Assembly: GCA_018062285.1 (NCBI GenBank) | Contig: JAGOSO010000001.1 | Span: forward strand, 100,137-164,136 | Direction of reading: 5' to 3' | Length of the DNA stretch: 64,000 nucleotides | Source: Minisyncoccota bacterium | GTDB taxonomy: Bacteria > Patescibacteriota > Minisyncoccia > 2-02-FULL-40-12 > GWA2-44-9 | Part shown: positions 18,890 to 30,598 of the stretch, one piece after another | How the letters are laid out: every line of letters starts with the position of its first letter | Numbering within the stretch: position 1 is the first letter of the stretch | Made by a program: the position numbers and the translations under genes | Notes under the pieces: model-generated | What the model was told of the DNA's origin: nothing | The model's database searches: none | The model's input: only the letters and a program-made list of their open reading frames with translations

Positions 18890-19414
18890 TTATGTATTTT
18901 TAGAGTACTTAAGAGCTATTTGATAAACGGCAATTCCAAAGGCCACAGAAACATTTAGAGACTCCTTTTTACCCATCATTGGGATCACGGCCACCACATC
19001 AGAGCGTTTGATGATTTCTGGACTGAGACCATCAACCTCATTGCCCAAGACCAGGACAATCTTATCCCCCAATAAACCAAGGTCGAAAACATCTTTAGCC
19101 GAATCACTCTTTTCAAGGGCAACTATTTTGTACCCATCTTTTCTTAAGTTGTCCAAAAGGCGCCAGGTTTGTTTGTGGTGTTCCCAGGGGATGTCGAGTT
19201 CGGCGCCCAATGCTGTCTTTGATATCTTTTCGTGAGGCGGTAAGGGCGTGATTCCGCATAAACAAAGCTTGGTTACCCCTGCAGCATCCGAGGTTCGAAA
19301 AATGGAACCCACGTTCTCTCGGCTTCGGATATTGTCTAAAACTACGACTATTTTTTTATTCATGTTGTGATAATATAGATAACGATAACGTGTATCGTAT
19401 TTAATACCTTGCAT
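18890..19414 (-). CDS. SpoU/TrmH-family RNA 2'-O-methyltransferase
   Basis: IVVVLDNIRSRENVGSIFRTSDAAGV ... VLGNEVDGLS ... NVSVAFGIAVY SPOUT motifs. Confidence 0.85.
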   Translation of the reverse strand: MQGIKYDTRYRYLYYHNMNKKIVVVLDNIRSRENVGSIFRTSDAAGVTKLCLCGITPLPPHEKISKTALGAELDIPWEHHKQTWRLLDNLRKDGYKIVALEKSDSAKDVFDLGLLGDKIVLVLGNEVDGLSPEIIKRSDVVAVIPMMGKKESLNVSVAFGIAVYQIALKYSKNT

Positions 19415-19458
19415 TAATTAGCTTAATACAAGATATCAGATACTATATACAAAACATA

Positions 19459-20190
19459 ATGAATTTAAAACCCTTAGTCTGGTCCGGCACATTGGTCCTC
19501 GTTATCTTGTCGATATTTTTGCTGACCGAAATTAACCAACTCTCCAACACGGCAGCCACAACAAACACCGTCTCCTTTAGCGGGGAAGGTAGGGTTACTG
19601 CCAAACCTGACATTGCTGTTATTTCAGCCAGTATTATCACCCAAGCTACCGATTCAAAAACGGCCCAGGACAACAACAGTACTAAATCGGCTGCTGTCTC
19701 CGCCTTCTTAAGCAAGCAAGGCATTAATGAGAAAGATATAAAAACTAGTGGCTACAACATAAGCCCCCAACAAAAGTACCCACCATATGGCGGACAACCA
19801 ACTATCACCGGCTATCAGGTGAGTCAGTCATATGAGATCAAAGTACGCGACTTAACAAAAATTAGCCCTGTTCTTTCTGGTCTTGTATCGGCTGGTGCAA
19901 ATCAAGTCAGTAATCTTGGTTTAAAGATTGATAACCCAGAAGCCCTGCAAGCTCAAGCTCGCCAGTTGGCAGTTGATGCGGCGAAGAAGAAAGCTTCTGA
20001 ACTAGAAAAACAGGTTGGTGTAAGTCTTGGTAAAATCGTAAACTTCACTGAAGGATCAAATGGTTACCCTGTTATGTATGATACTAAAATGATGAACATG
20101 GGAATTGGTGGAGGCCCATCCGAAGCAGTAATCCCCGCTGGTGAAAATGAAGTCACAAGCAACGTGACGATCACCTACCAAATTAAGTAG
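19459..20190 (+). CDS. SIMPL/DUF541 periplasmic protein
   Basis: Signal/TM N-terminus; SFSGEGRVTAKPDIAVISASI ... ITGYQVSQSYEIKVRDL ... architecture of the DUF541 family. Confidence 0.75.
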   Translation: MNLKPLVWSGTLVLVILSIFLLTEINQLSNTAATTNTVSFSGEGRVTAKPDIAVISASIITQATDSKTAQDNNSTKSAAVSAFLSKQGINEKDIKTSGYNISPQQKYPPYGGQPTITGYQVSQSYEIKVRDLTKISPVLSGLVSAGANQVSNLGLKIDNPEALQAQARQLAVDAAKKKASELEKQVGVSLGKIVNFTEGSNGYPVMYDTKMMNMGIGGGPSEAVIPAGENEVTSNVTITYQIK

Positions 20191-20202
20191 CAGATACAAA
20201 AT

Positions 20203-20230
20203 AAAATCAGCCCCATATGGGGCTGATTTT
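20203..20230. terminator. Bidirectional intrinsic terminator
   Basis: AAAATCAGCCCC-atat-GGGGCTGATTTT. Confidence 0.7.
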
Positions 20231-20588
20231 ATTTACCAAGACCATCAGCTAGAGCTAAGTATTTTATGGCACGACCATACTCGTCTAGGACCTTCTTAAA
20301 TACTCGCATATCCTTTCTGGCGTCTTCTGAATTAATTTTTATTTCTGTGAATTCATAAGGCGGAGTTTTGGCAATAAAACCCTCAACCAAGAAGCCTTTC
20401 AACGTGAAAGAGAATTTGGAAAAACGGTCCGAATCTAATCCCAAATACACCTCAAAAGATTGAGATATTTCTTTAAACACTTTCAAATCAATGCCCCTCT
20501 GAGCTTCTTTTAGAAAATGTTCCCTATTAACAACACTCCCAAAGTTCGGAGATATTCCAGTTTCAATTTTTGATCTATATTCAGACAT
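20229..20588 (-). CDS. Hypothetical protein (119 aa)
   Basis: Soluble; no recognised motif. Confidence 0.5.
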   Translation of the reverse strand: MSEYRSKIETGISPNFGSVVNREHFLKEAQRGIDLKVFKEISQSFEVYLGLDSDRFSKFSFTLKGFLVEGFIAKTPPYEFTEIKINSEDARKDMRVFKKVLDEYGRAIKYLALADGLGK

Positions 20589-20595
20589 TTAAAGA

Positions 20596-21174
20596 TTAGA
20601 GACCTTGCTCTTCGTGAATCTCTATCCCCTCTGGATGCTCGGCCACGAAATCATTATGTGCTTTCATCAACTGATCCTTGATTAAAAGCGGATTTGGTAT
20701 TTGTTTAAATAGAAACTTTTCCCTAGCACCAGCTGTCTGAATCTCCAAATTTCCAAATTTAAGCCATGTAGCAATTGGGCCATTAATTTCAGTGCTGACA
20801 TCTTGAATCTTCAAAAGACTCAGTTCGGAAACAGTCCTATCAAAAAATCCGTGCTGCTCACTATCAATGACCCGATGATTGGTGATGATCCAAGTATCTA
20901 ACAAGTACATAGTAATAGAGTAAAACAATGAATACCACCACAATAAATAGAAAGCGGACACCAATAAGAAAAAGATGCTCTGGAAATAAACAAAATCTGG
21001 CAAAGTGATAAATAATAGATAAAGAGCCAAAGGTATTAAGGCTACCAATAAGTACCCTAACATCTTGCGGAACAAGATAAACCAATGACGATGAACCAGA
21101 ACGATAGTGTGTTCATAAGGCCTCTGCCCCTCAAAGGTGTTGTCGCTCTTGGTGAAGATTTCTAATAATTTCAT
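20596..21174 (-). CDS. Membrane protein with bacterial PH domain (bPH_2 / YdbS-YdbT-like)
   Basis: Two TM helices then ITNHRVIDSEQHGFFDRTVSELSLLKIQDVSTEINGPIATWLKFGNLEIQTAG. Confidence 0.65.
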   Translation of the reverse strand: MKLLEIFTKSDNTFEGQRPYEHTIVLVHRHWFILFRKMLGYLLVALIPLALYLLFITLPDFVYFQSIFFLLVSAFYLLWWYSLFYSITMYLLDTWIITNHRVIDSEQHGFFDRTVSELSLLKIQDVSTEINGPIATWLKFGNLEIQTAGAREKFLFKQIPNPLLIKDQLMKAHNDFVAEHPEGIEIHEEQGL

Positions 21175-21437
21175 AAAGGAGATTTAATATAAGAATCTAT
21201 CTGCTGAGCAACCAAAGAAAGATCTAGCCTGTTTATTGAAATTACAAAAAGAGTAAAGAAAATAACTGAACCTCCAAAAAAGATAAGCGCAATTAATTTA
21301 GGGCGTATGCCAATACCAAAACGTGTTAAGTGATAGGTCACAAAGAACGAAGGCACCCAATAGGCAAGAGAGAACAAAATCAGAGCGATGAGACCAAAAG
21401 GGATCGAGTTTATTATGTCAGCTGGGACAATATTCAT
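21171..21437 (-). CDS. Small membrane protein (start at MNIVPADI...)
   Basis: The tracked ORF 21171-21503 runs into the upstream terminator hairpin; the internal Met after the hairpin is more plausible. Confidence 0.45.
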   Translation of the reverse strand: MNIVPADIINSIPFGLIALILFSLAYWVPSFFVTYHLTRFGIGIRPKLIALIFFGGSVIFFTLFVISINRLDLSLVAQQIDSYIKSPL

Positions 21438-21464
21438 ACATAAATGATACAACAATTCTTTTAA

Positions 21465-21499
21465 AACCCAAACCCCGCCAGATGGCGGGGTTTGGGTTT
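21465..21499 (-). terminator. Intrinsic terminator
   Basis: AAACCCAAACCCCGCC-agat-GGCGGGGTTTGGGTTT. Confidence 0.7.
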
Positions 21500-21516
21500 C
21501 CATTAATTAGTAAATA

Positions 21517-22059
21517 TTACTGACCAAAATCCTTTTTAATTAAAAAGTATTTTGTCGCATACGGAGAATCTGCTACAACCCTAATCATTGCCGATTTGAT
21601 ATCTTCAGGATAAGTATTGTCGCGACTAAATCTTTCTTTAAAATCTTCAATAGAAGAACTTTGAACCATGACCCTTTTGACAGAGGCTACTATATTGAGA
21701 GCTTCATCTTCTTCTCGTAACTCATTAAGTAAATCTGGTGCAATTTTACCAAGTAGATCACGTTCCTCTTTGGCTTCTTCGTTCATTTTAGCCCTTTTCT
21801 GCCACCAGGCCTCACCTTTTTCTTCTAGGTCAAATCTTTCTGCGGCTTTATCTTCTTCTGCATTTGCCACATTATCAAGACCCGCAATATCATTAAGCCT
21901 TTTTGCCTCCTCTTCTGGGGAAAGGATTTCTCCGCCGCTTTGTTGCTTCCTAAGATTCGCTGCTTCTGACCTAGTCTCATTTGATTCCTCAGCCATCTCG
22001 CGTGCCTTATCTACGTTATCTACTCTTTTAACTGGTGCCGACGGCATATCGTGTGACAT
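21517..22059 (-). CDS. Hypothetical acidic protein (180 aa)
   Basis: Glu/Lys-rich, coiled-coil-like; no family recognised. Confidence 0.5.
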   Translation of the reverse strand: MSHDMPSAPVKRVDNVDKAREMAEESNETRSEAANLRKQQSGGEILSPEEEAKRLNDIAGLDNVANAEEDKAAERFDLEEKGEAWWQKRAKMNEEAKEERDLLGKIAPDLLNELREEDEALNIVASVKRVMVQSSSIEDFKERFSRDNTYPEDIKSAMIRVVADSPYATKYFLIKKDFGQ

Positions 22060-22141
22060 AAATTTTGAGTTAATTTAATTGACTCAATTGTATCTCCCCC
22101 GACGGGAATTACAAGGTTTTATATCCACATTCCCAGAAACC

Positions 22142-22166
22142 AAAAGACGCCTTGAGGGCGTCTTTT
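22142..22166. terminator. Hairpin downstream of the 16S rRNA
   Basis: AAAAGACGCC-ttgag-GGCGTCTTTT. Confidence 0.55.
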
Positions 22167-22387
22167 GGAGACACGATCAATTTCATATAGTTAAGCAGCT
22201 AGGTCCGTTTTTTATTCCAGAACCATCGAATTCCCATTTAGCAGTGGGACTCCGCATATGTCCGAAGACAAATATCGACATCAATTTGTAGGTCAGAGTG
22301 GGATATGACAAATTAGAAAACTAATTTCCCTTTTCTCATCTCATACTACTAACCTTTCTAGGTTTTTTAAATAAATTTTAAAAAATA

Positions 22388-23851
<1,464 letters not shown>

Positions 23852-24160
23852 CTTAAGAAATCTGAACTACTAAAAAATAGTACAGAAAATTTGCTGCTTA
23901 ACTATATGAAATTGACAATGTTCTTTCATTAATTTCGCCTTTGCGAAAGTAGCTCTGCTGACCCTCTCTAAAGAATAGCAGAACCACGACTTTCCTCGGC
24001 AATCCAAGGCCAGTCGTGGTTTAACTATGTGTCTAATTGTGTGGTAGTAAAGATTGGGTCTCTAAGGTCCAAATCACTACTAAACTTGATGGTTCCTTTA
24101 TTATACTCGCCGATAAAAAAGAGTCAAGGCCCAGCGCGCGAACGCACTGGGCCCAAAGGC

Positions 24161-24625
24161 CTAGGCAGAGTTGAGCGACAAGAAAAGATTCCACAAATAC
24201 TCCTCTTCGCGATCGATTTCCTCACTCGCGCTTGGAGCGATAATGAGGCGGTGGGCCACGTCATGTGTGGCGCACAACCTCACATAGAGCCGGTCCAGGA
24301 TTCCCTCACCCTCAAGACAACAAGGATAGGCTTCTCCTTTTTTAACCGCAAGAGTGACCCTTGTGGTCGTCTGATTCTCGAGACAGAACCCCCACCCCGT
24401 ATTTCCGAGCAGTCCATCAAAAACAGGAGAAACTGCCCTGAGGTTAACGTCTTCAAGATTCCGCAACACCCAAGCAATCTTGCCAGAGGCGTCAGCTTGA
24501 GAAAACATGGCAAGTGTTTTATCCCGCACCGTCGCAGGACAAATAAGGACATCACCAAAAAATGGTGAGCCCACCAGTGCCGAGCCATCTCGATCCATCC
24601 TTACAAGCAAATCATCCGTCTCCAT
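24161..24625 (-). CDS. Hypothetical protein in a GC-rich island downstream of trmD (start at METDDLL...)
   Basis: 154 aa; about 50% GC; a 179-aa ORF on the opposite strand also exists; weak PRC-barrel-like GxxLVGSPFFGDVLI segment; in the slot where rplS/rimM-type genes usually neighbour trmD. Confidence 0.4.
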   Translation of the reverse strand: METDDLLVRMDRDGSALVGSPFFGDVLICPATVRDKTLAMFSQADASGKIAWVLRNLEDVNLRAVSPVFDGLLGNTGWGFCLENQTTTRVTLAVKKGEAYPCCLEGEGILDRLYVRLCATHDVAHRLIIAPSASEEIDREEEYLWNLFLSLNSA

Positions 24626-24659
24626 GCCACACCTCGCAAACAGAATAAACAACTGAAAC

Positions 24660-25319
24660 TTACTCGTCAATACGACTATTCTTCTCTCGCCACTCATTAA
24701 TCTTTTTATGGTCTCCTGACAACAAAACCTTGGGGACTTTTAACTTCTTTTTTCCAACAGTAATTATCTCGGGTCGAGTGTACTGTGGGTGCTCTAAATT
24801 AGTGCCTTCGGAGAAACTTTCGTTGCGAGTGGATTCTTCTTTGGCCACTGCTCCCGGAATTAAACGAGTGACTGCCTCCATGACCACCATGGCTGGCACT
24901 TCCCCACCAAACAAAACATAATCGCCAATGGAAATTTCTTCGTCTACCAATTCAGCCATGACGCGTTCATCGATACCTTCGTAGCGACCACAAATCATGA
25001 CCAACTGATCCAATTTGGACCACTTGCGAGCCATCTCTTGATTGAATTTTTTACCCTTGGGATTAAATACAATGACCTTAATTTTTTTCTTTTTCTTTAG
25101 CGCTTTAAGAGCTTTAAAAATAGGTTGGAACAAAAAAACCATTCCTGCCCCGCCACCATAAGGGCGACCATCGATAGTCCCCCGTTCATCATCAGCGTAT
25201 TCGCGAAGATCAATGGGATTTATAGAAATAAGTTTCTTGTCTTGTGCACGCGAAATCAAAGCCTCTTTTTTAAAGCTCTCAAAAAAAACTGGGAAAATTG
25301 TTATAATGTCGAATTTCAT
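24660..25319 (-). CDS. trmD: tRNA (guanine37-N1)-methyltransferase
   Basis: MKFDIITIFPVFFESF ... GRPYGGGAGMV ... SIGDYVLSGGE SPOUT knot motifs. Confidence 0.95.
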   Translation of the reverse strand: MKFDIITIFPVFFESFKKEALISRAQDKKLISINPIDLREYADDERGTIDGRPYGGGAGMVFLFQPIFKALKALKKKKKIKVIVFNPKGKKFNQEMARKWSKLDQLVMICGRYEGIDERVMAELVDEEISIGDYVLFGGEVPAMVVMEAVTRLIPGAVAKEESTRNESFSEGTNLEHPQYTRPEIITVGKKKLKVPKVLLSGDHKKINEWREKNSRIDE

Positions 25320-25332
25320 TTTAAAAATTGAG

Positions 25333-25352
25333 GGCGGGCCTGAGCCCGCCCA
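25333..25352 (-). terminator. Intrinsic terminator
   Basis: GGGCGGGC-ctga-GCCCGCCC, with a T-run on the minus strand. Confidence 0.6.
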
Positions 25353-25358
25353 TAAAGA

Positions 25359-25625
25359 TCAACTTCCACTCAAATACCCTTTGGCCGAGACACGATCGAG
25401 ACGAGCATGCATCATCACATAAGTGAAAACGATGGCAGCGCCCACCAGAGCCCAGCCCGCAGGGATAAACCACTGGAGATGATGATTCAAAAAATCACTA
25501 CCCCACAGGTCGTATTTGATGACCATAACCAGAATTGCCCAATAGATAATCGCTGCCGCGATTATCGCCCAGGCAAAACGAGAAGTTAAGGCATGCGACT
25601 TTTTCAGATACTCGCCATCGTTCAT
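25359..25625 (-). CDS. Small membrane protein (88 aa)
   Basis: Two TM helices. Confidence 0.5.
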   Translation of the reverse strand: MNDGEYLKKSHALTSRFAWAIIAAAIIYWAILVMVIKYDLWGSDFLNHHLQWFIPAGWALVGAAIVFTYVMMHARLDRVSAKGYLSGS

Positions 25626-25777
25626 CTATCCACCTCTACAATACTATACAACACATTAAAGAAACCCGCAACTGAGAGTTTGCTTAATCAATCACATTTG
25701 CAAATAAAAATTCCGGCACGAGGCCAGAAAAAATATTAGAGGAAATTGCGGGTGGGCCAAAGGGCGCCCATACACCG

Positions 25778-26113
25778 CTAATTCTGATGCGATCGTTGAT
25801 TTGTGGAGTAGAAAAGTACAAAACGCTTTGTTTCTGGATCCGGAACAAATTGGCACTCAATGCGGCCGAGAGACCAAAGCCTGGAACTGATCTCGGATAT
25901 TGCCTCAGGCGGCATGGACAACGGAACTTCGGTGACATCATTCACCGGACCGCCCGCAACAAAATCCTTTCTTTCTTGAACCTCTTTCACGACGCGAGAC
26001 ACAACCTCATCGTAATCGGGATGCTCCTCAGCCATACCAGCCCTCTTTGTAATACGGTACATCAAATTAGACATGTTAGCAAATAAAACATCACCAACAT
26101 TGACTGATTGCAT
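25778..26113 (-). CDS. Hypothetical protein (start at MQSVNVG...)
   Basis: About 111 aa; occupies the slot between the KH-domain gene and trmD, where rimM usually sits, but shows no RimM similarity. Confidence 0.45.
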   Translation of the reverse strand: MQSVNVGDVLFANMSNLMYRITKRAGMAEEHPDYDEVVSRVVKEVQERKDFVAGGPVNDVTEVPLSMPPEAISEISSRLWSLGRIECQFVPDPETKRFVLFYSTNQRSHQN

Positions 26114-26148
26114 ATATAGATGTATTATAATTTTAAGGAGTACTCGTA

Positions 26149-26361
26149 GTGGAAAAACCTCCCCCACATAATGCACAGACCTCGCTTACACTTTTTTTGG
26201 GTGGATTGATCCTCCTGGGCATGCTCTTGTACACCCTGATTCACCTTGAATCCATGCCACCAAAGTCTACCTATATCATACTGGCGATTTCGCTGGCACT
26301 AATAATCCTTCTAGCAAGAATCAGTAAAGACGTGGGCAAAACCAGACCGTCAAAAAAATAA
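26149..26361 (+). CDS. Small membrane protein (70 aa, GTG start)
   Basis: AAGGAG RBS 8 nt upstream of GTG; two TM helices. Confidence 0.45.
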   Translation: MEKPPPHNAQTSLTLFLGGLILLGMLLYTLIHLESMPPKSTYIILAISLALIILLARISKDVGKTRPSKK

Positions 26362-26404
26362 ATTGACCAAACCAAAAGGACCCTTACGGGTCCTTTAATA
26401 ATTT

Positions 26405-26749
26405 CTACATCCCGAGACTATCCATGGCTTCGTCGAGTGTCTTTTCTTTGCCATCACCGATGCCAGCCATTGGTTCGACTTCTTTGGTCATGCGACCACC
26501 TTCTGGTTCTTCGATCTTTAAGTTAACGCGAGCGTTGTTGCGCATACCGATGATACGAGCCAAGGTGCGAACAGCTTTGGCGGTGGTGCCACTGCGACCA
26601 ATCAAGAGACCCATATCTTCTGGGGCAACCTTAACGGTTAGCAATACGCCCAATTCATCGACGGTGCGAACGACTTCTACCTTATCTGGGTTATTAACGA
26701 TCCCTTTGATAATAAACTCTACGAAATCTCGATCTGCTTCAATATTCAT
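26405..26749 (-). CDS. KH-domain RNA-binding protein (YlqC-like)
   Basis: GLLIGRSGTTAKAVRTLARII KH GxxG loop. Confidence 0.8.
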   Translation of the reverse strand: MNIEADRDFVEFIIKGIVNNPDKVEVVRTVDELGVLLTVKVAPEDMGLLIGRSGTTAKAVRTLARIIGMRNNARVNLKIEEPEGGRMTKEVEPMAGIGDGKEKTLDEAMDSLGM

Positions 26750-26856
26750 CTTCCTGATAGCTGATATTTACTATGATGTTCAATCCCGACAGCGGTCGGG
26801 ATGAATCTACCAATCGTTTACCAGCTTATTAATCTTTCTGTTAATTCCAAACTATC

Positions 26857-29283
26857 CTAAACAACGATATTGGTCAACTTATCCTGAACATAAACAAACT
26901 TTTTAATCTCTTTCCCTTCTATTTCTTTTTTAACTTTCTCGTTAGCCAGAACCATCACTTTAACTTCTTCTTCCGATAGACCACGCTTAGCTGAAATCGT
27001 ATCTCGGAATTTACCGTTCACCTGAATAACCAAGGAGATTGATTCTTCGAGTAACAAAGCCTCATCAAACTCAGGCCATCTTTCAACATGCACCGATGAT
27101 TCATTGCCAAGGGTTTTCATCCACAGTTCTTCGGCCATGTGTGGAGCATACGGAGCAATTAATTTAACCATTGATTCATATTGCTCTTTAGATAGCTTAG
27201 CTCCCGCTCTTTCTTCATCCAAAGCATTAAGCAACTTCATTAAGTGGCTAACCCCAGTATTAAATTTATGCGACTTAATTTGATCAGCTATCTCTTTTAC
27301 GGCTCGATTCAAAACAATCTTTATTTTGGCATTTTCAGAAACTTTTAATTTCTTGTCGCTATAACTTTGAACAAAGTTCCAGAATCTATCCAAGAACCTA
27401 CGAACACCCAAGACGCCATCAAAGTTCCAGTTGTAATTCTGATCATACGGACCCATGAAAGCGAAGTAGGTTCTAATTGTGTCGGCGCCAAATTTTTCCA
27501 CCTGCTCATCTGGATCAACCACGTTGCCTTTGGACTTGGACATCTTCTGGCCGTCTGGGCCAAATATGAAACCATGGTTACGTCGCCCCAAGAATGGTTC
27601 AGAAAAATCAACCAAGTTCTGACTGCGCAAAGCCTTGGTGATAAAACGAGAATACAGCAAGTGCATGGTGTTATGCTCTGAGCCACCAAAATACAACGGC
27701 AATGGCAACCACTTGGCCATGTTGGCCTGAGAGGCAAAGACTTCTTCGTTCTTAGGATCCGTGTAGCGCATGTAGTACCAAGAGGAATCGACAAATGTGT
27801 CCATGGTGTCTGTTTCACGTTCGGCATCCTTGCCACACTTTGGGCATTTAACTTTCAGCCACTTCCCTGCTTTGGCCAATGGTGAGCGACCATCATCAGC
27901 AGGCATAAAATCTTTCAATGGAGGCAATTCAACCGGCAATTCAGTTTCTGGAACTGGATTGTAACCACAATCAGCACACTTAATCATTGGGATTGGTACA
28001 CCCCAATAGCGCTGGCGGGAAAGAACCCAATCGTGCAAGCGATAATTCTTATGCAACTCGCCGTGGCCTTTTTCTTTTAATGCCTGTGTGATTTTTTTCT
28101 TGGCTTCTTCCGAAGACATGCCGTCATACATACCAGAACTAATCAAAACTCCTTCTTTGGTATTAGCCTGACCTATGAACTTTTCCTCATTTAATACAAC
28201 TTCTTTAATCGGTAAGTTAAATTTCTTAGCAAAATCATAATCGCGCTCATCGTGGGCTGGGACGGCCATAATGGCACCAGTACCATAGTTCCCCAAAACA
28301 TAATCGGAAATCCAAATTGGAATTTCTTTTTCTGTCATTGGGTTAATAGCATTAAAACCAGAATAGACTCCAGTTTTATCCTTGGTTTCTTCTTGACGTT
28401 GAAGCTCAGTCTTTTTTAAACTTTGAGCAATATAATCCTTAACATCTTGCGGGGCTACCCAACCCATCCCCACCCACTTCTGGGCCAGCTCTGGGGAGAC
28501 GACTAAAAACGTAGCCCCGAAAATTGTGTCTGGCCGAGTCGTAAAGACTTCAACGGTGTGGTCGTCAGAATTTCCTGGAACTTTAAATTTAATCTTGGCG
28601 CCTTCTGAGCGGCCAATCCAATTTATTTGAGCGAGCTTGGTTGATTCAGGCCAATCCAAATCTTGAAGGTCATCGATCAAACGATCAGCGAAAGAAGTGG
28701 TCTTAAACATCCACTGAGAAAGATTCCGTTGTTCCACATCACTACTGCAACGGTCGCACTTACCATCAATCACCTGTTCGTTGGCCAAGACTGTTTTGTC
28801 TTTAGGGCACCAGTTAACCAAAGTCTCGGCACGATAAGCTAAACCAGCTTTGTATAATTGAATAAAAATCCATTGGGTCCACTTATAATATTCTGGGTCG
28901 ATTGTCTGGACTTCGCGTGACCAGTCAAAACCGGCACCCATCGAGCGTAATTGCTTGGACATGCGAACAATATTTTTCTTAGTCCAATCTCGAGGATGAA
29001 TATTGTTCTTGATGGCAGCGTTCTCAGCTGGCAAACCAAAAGCATCAAACCCAATCGGATACATCACGTTAAAACCACTCATTCTTAGATAACGTCCGTA
29101 AATATCAGGCACAGCGAAAGCGTACCAATGACCGGTATGTAAATCCCCTGATGGGTATGGGAACTCTACCAACAACATGAAATTCTTTTTGCCACCAGAA
29201 AAATCCCCGGCTTCGTAAAGCTTCTCCTTGTCCCAATATTTCTGCCACTTCTTTTCTATCTTTGCTGGGTTGTATTTAGCCAT
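26857..29283 (-). CDS. leuS: Leucyl-tRNA synthetase
   Basis: 808 aa; HTGHWYAF (HIGH-class), KMSKS, CP1 editing domain. Confidence 0.95.
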   Translation of the reverse strand: MAKYNPAKIEKKWQKYWDKEKLYEAGDFSGGKKNFMLLVEFPYPSGDLHTGHWYAFAVPDIYGRYLRMSGFNVMYPIGFDAFGLPAENAAIKNNIHPRDWTKKNIVRMSKQLRSMGAGFDWSREVQTIDPEYYKWTQWIFIQLYKAGLAYRAETLVNWCPKDKTVLANEQVIDGKCDRCSSDVEQRNLSQWMFKTTSFADRLIDDLQDLDWPESTKLAQINWIGRSEGAKIKFKVPGNSDDHTVEVFTTRPDTIFGATFLVVSPELAQKWVGMGWVAPQDVKDYIAQSLKKTELQRQEETKDKTGVYSGFNAINPMTEKEIPIWISDYVLGNYGTGAIMAVPAHDERDYDFAKKFNLPIKEVVLNEEKFIGQANTKEGVLISSGMYDGMSSEEAKKKITQALKEKGHGELHKNYRLHDWVLSRQRYWGVPIPMIKCADCGYNPVPETELPVELPPLKDFMPADDGRSPLAKAGKWLKVKCPKCGKDAERETDTMDTFVDSSWYYMRYTDPKNEEVFASQANMAKWLPLPLYFGGSEHNTMHLLYSRFITKALRSQNLVDFSEPFLGRRNHGFIFGPDGQKMSKSKGNVVDPDEQVEKFGADTIRTYFAFMGPYDQNYNWNFDGVLGVRRFLDRFWNFVQSYSDKKLKVSENAKIKIVLNRAVKEIADQIKSHKFNTGVSHLMKLLNALDEERAGAKLSKEQYESMVKLIAPYAPHMAEELWMKTLGNESSVHVERWPEFDEALLLEESISLVIQVNGKFRDTISAKRGLSEEEVKVMVLANEKVKKEIEGKEIKKFVYVQDKLTNIVV

Positions 29284-29352
29284 ATAATTAGTTCAATGAT
29301 AGCCGAAATCGGGTTTTTTATCAAAAAGAAAACCGCCCCATAATCTGAGCGG

Positions 29353-29619
29353 CTATTTCACAAGAGCAAATGCTTTGGCTTTCTTTGCCACGGGGGCAAA
29401 TGCCTCTTCGTGAGAATGAGATCGAACGATTGAATCCCCGTACTCGAACACTGGTATCCATGAATCCCAATCAACGGATCCAATCTCTCTTGTTAACTCT
29501 ACATACTTATCGAAAAGGTCATTGTGGAGTTGGAGGGCATAAAGATATCGACGATTCTTCCTCTCCTCAAGACGCAGGTATAGAGCCAGGCAAGCGACAA
29601 CAATACCAACAATAAGCAT
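29353..29619 (-). CDS. Hypothetical small membrane-anchored protein
   Basis: 88 aa, N-terminal TM. Confidence 0.4.
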   Translation of the reverse strand: MLIVGIVVACLALYLRLEERKNRRYLYALQLHNDLFDKYVELTREIGSVDWDSWIPVFEYGDSIVRSHSHEEAFAPVAKKAKAFALVK

Positions 29620-29663
29620 GGACCAAATTCTACAGCAAACCCATGCTTTGTAAATAGTAGAAA

Positions 29664-30446
29664 TTAAAGATTAAAGAGTTTTTGGCAGTTTTCTGTTGTC
29701 TGAGAGATAACCTTATCCAAGGTTTCGTTTTTTAGTAAGGCCAGTTTCTTGGCCACCTCGAGAACATGGGCTGGCTCGTTCCTTTTACCCCTATGTGGCT
29801 CAGGGGTTAAGTATGGTGCATCTGTTTCAAGAAGAATTCTTTCTAAGAGCGCAAACTTAACAACCTCGTCGTACTGGCGAGCAAAAGTAATTATTCCATT
29901 AAATCCAAGATAGAAACCCAGATCCAAAAATTGCTTGGCCTCATCTAGCGATGCAGTGCATGAATGAACCACACCTTTTATTGTTGGATATTTTTTTAAG
30001 ATCTCGATCATGTCAGGATAAGCCCGGCCAGTACTCCCTGTTTTACCATCGCGACAATGCAAAACTACTGGCAGATTAAATTCTACGGCCAAGTCCAATT
30101 GTTGAATAAATCTTTGTTTCTGAATTTTCTGATCGGATTCTTTGTCGGTTCTAAAATAATCTAAACCAATCTCCCCCACTGCCACAACCTTAGGTTTGGC
30201 CAGAAGCTCGCGATACAAATTTAAATCTAAAACCTCATCAAGATTATCATTAGGATGCAAGCCAACCGTGGCCCACATTTTTTCATTTTTCTGAACTAAA
30301 TCGATACCAGACGCTGAACTTTTAAAATCGGTGCCAATACAAATCATCCCAACACCAGCTTCTTTGCATTTGGAAATTAAAGCTTCTCGATCTTCGTCAT
30401 ATTGAGGGAACTGAACGTGGCAATGTGAGTCAATTATTTCTTGCAT
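29664..30446 (-). CDS. tatD: TatD-family metal-dependent hydrolase
   Basis: IDSHCHVQF ... VGLHPND ... AVGEIGLDYF ... LHCRD motifs. Confidence 0.9.
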   Translation of the reverse strand: MQEIIDSHCHVQFPQYDEDREALISKCKEAGVGMICIGTDFKSSASGIDLVQKNEKMWATVGLHPNDNLDEVLDLNLYRELLAKPKVVAVGEIGLDYFRTDKESDQKIQKQRFIQQLDLAVEFNLPVVLHCRDGKTGSTGRAYPDMIEILKKYPTIKGVVHSCTASLDEAKQFLDLGFYLGFNGIITFARQYDEVVKFALLERILLETDAPYLTPEPHRGKRNEPAHVLEVAKKLALLKNETLDKVISQTTENCQKLFNL

Positions 30447-30598
30447 AAAGTCAAAATTGATGTTATTATAAATAAACAGATTGGAGTTGCAATGAAGGTT
30501 TTGTTAGCTATTCCTAGATTCTTTAAGGCATTAGGCGCAACTGTTGTCATAATCATTCTTACCGTCCTGAGCGACCCGATCGAATGGGGCGAATAAAA

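Noticed and set aside
26126-26131. TATAAT hexamer as a -10 for the 70-aa membrane protein gene
   Set aside because: It sits only 3 nt before the AAGGAG RBS, so a transcript from it would start inside the RBS. Spacing is inconsistent.
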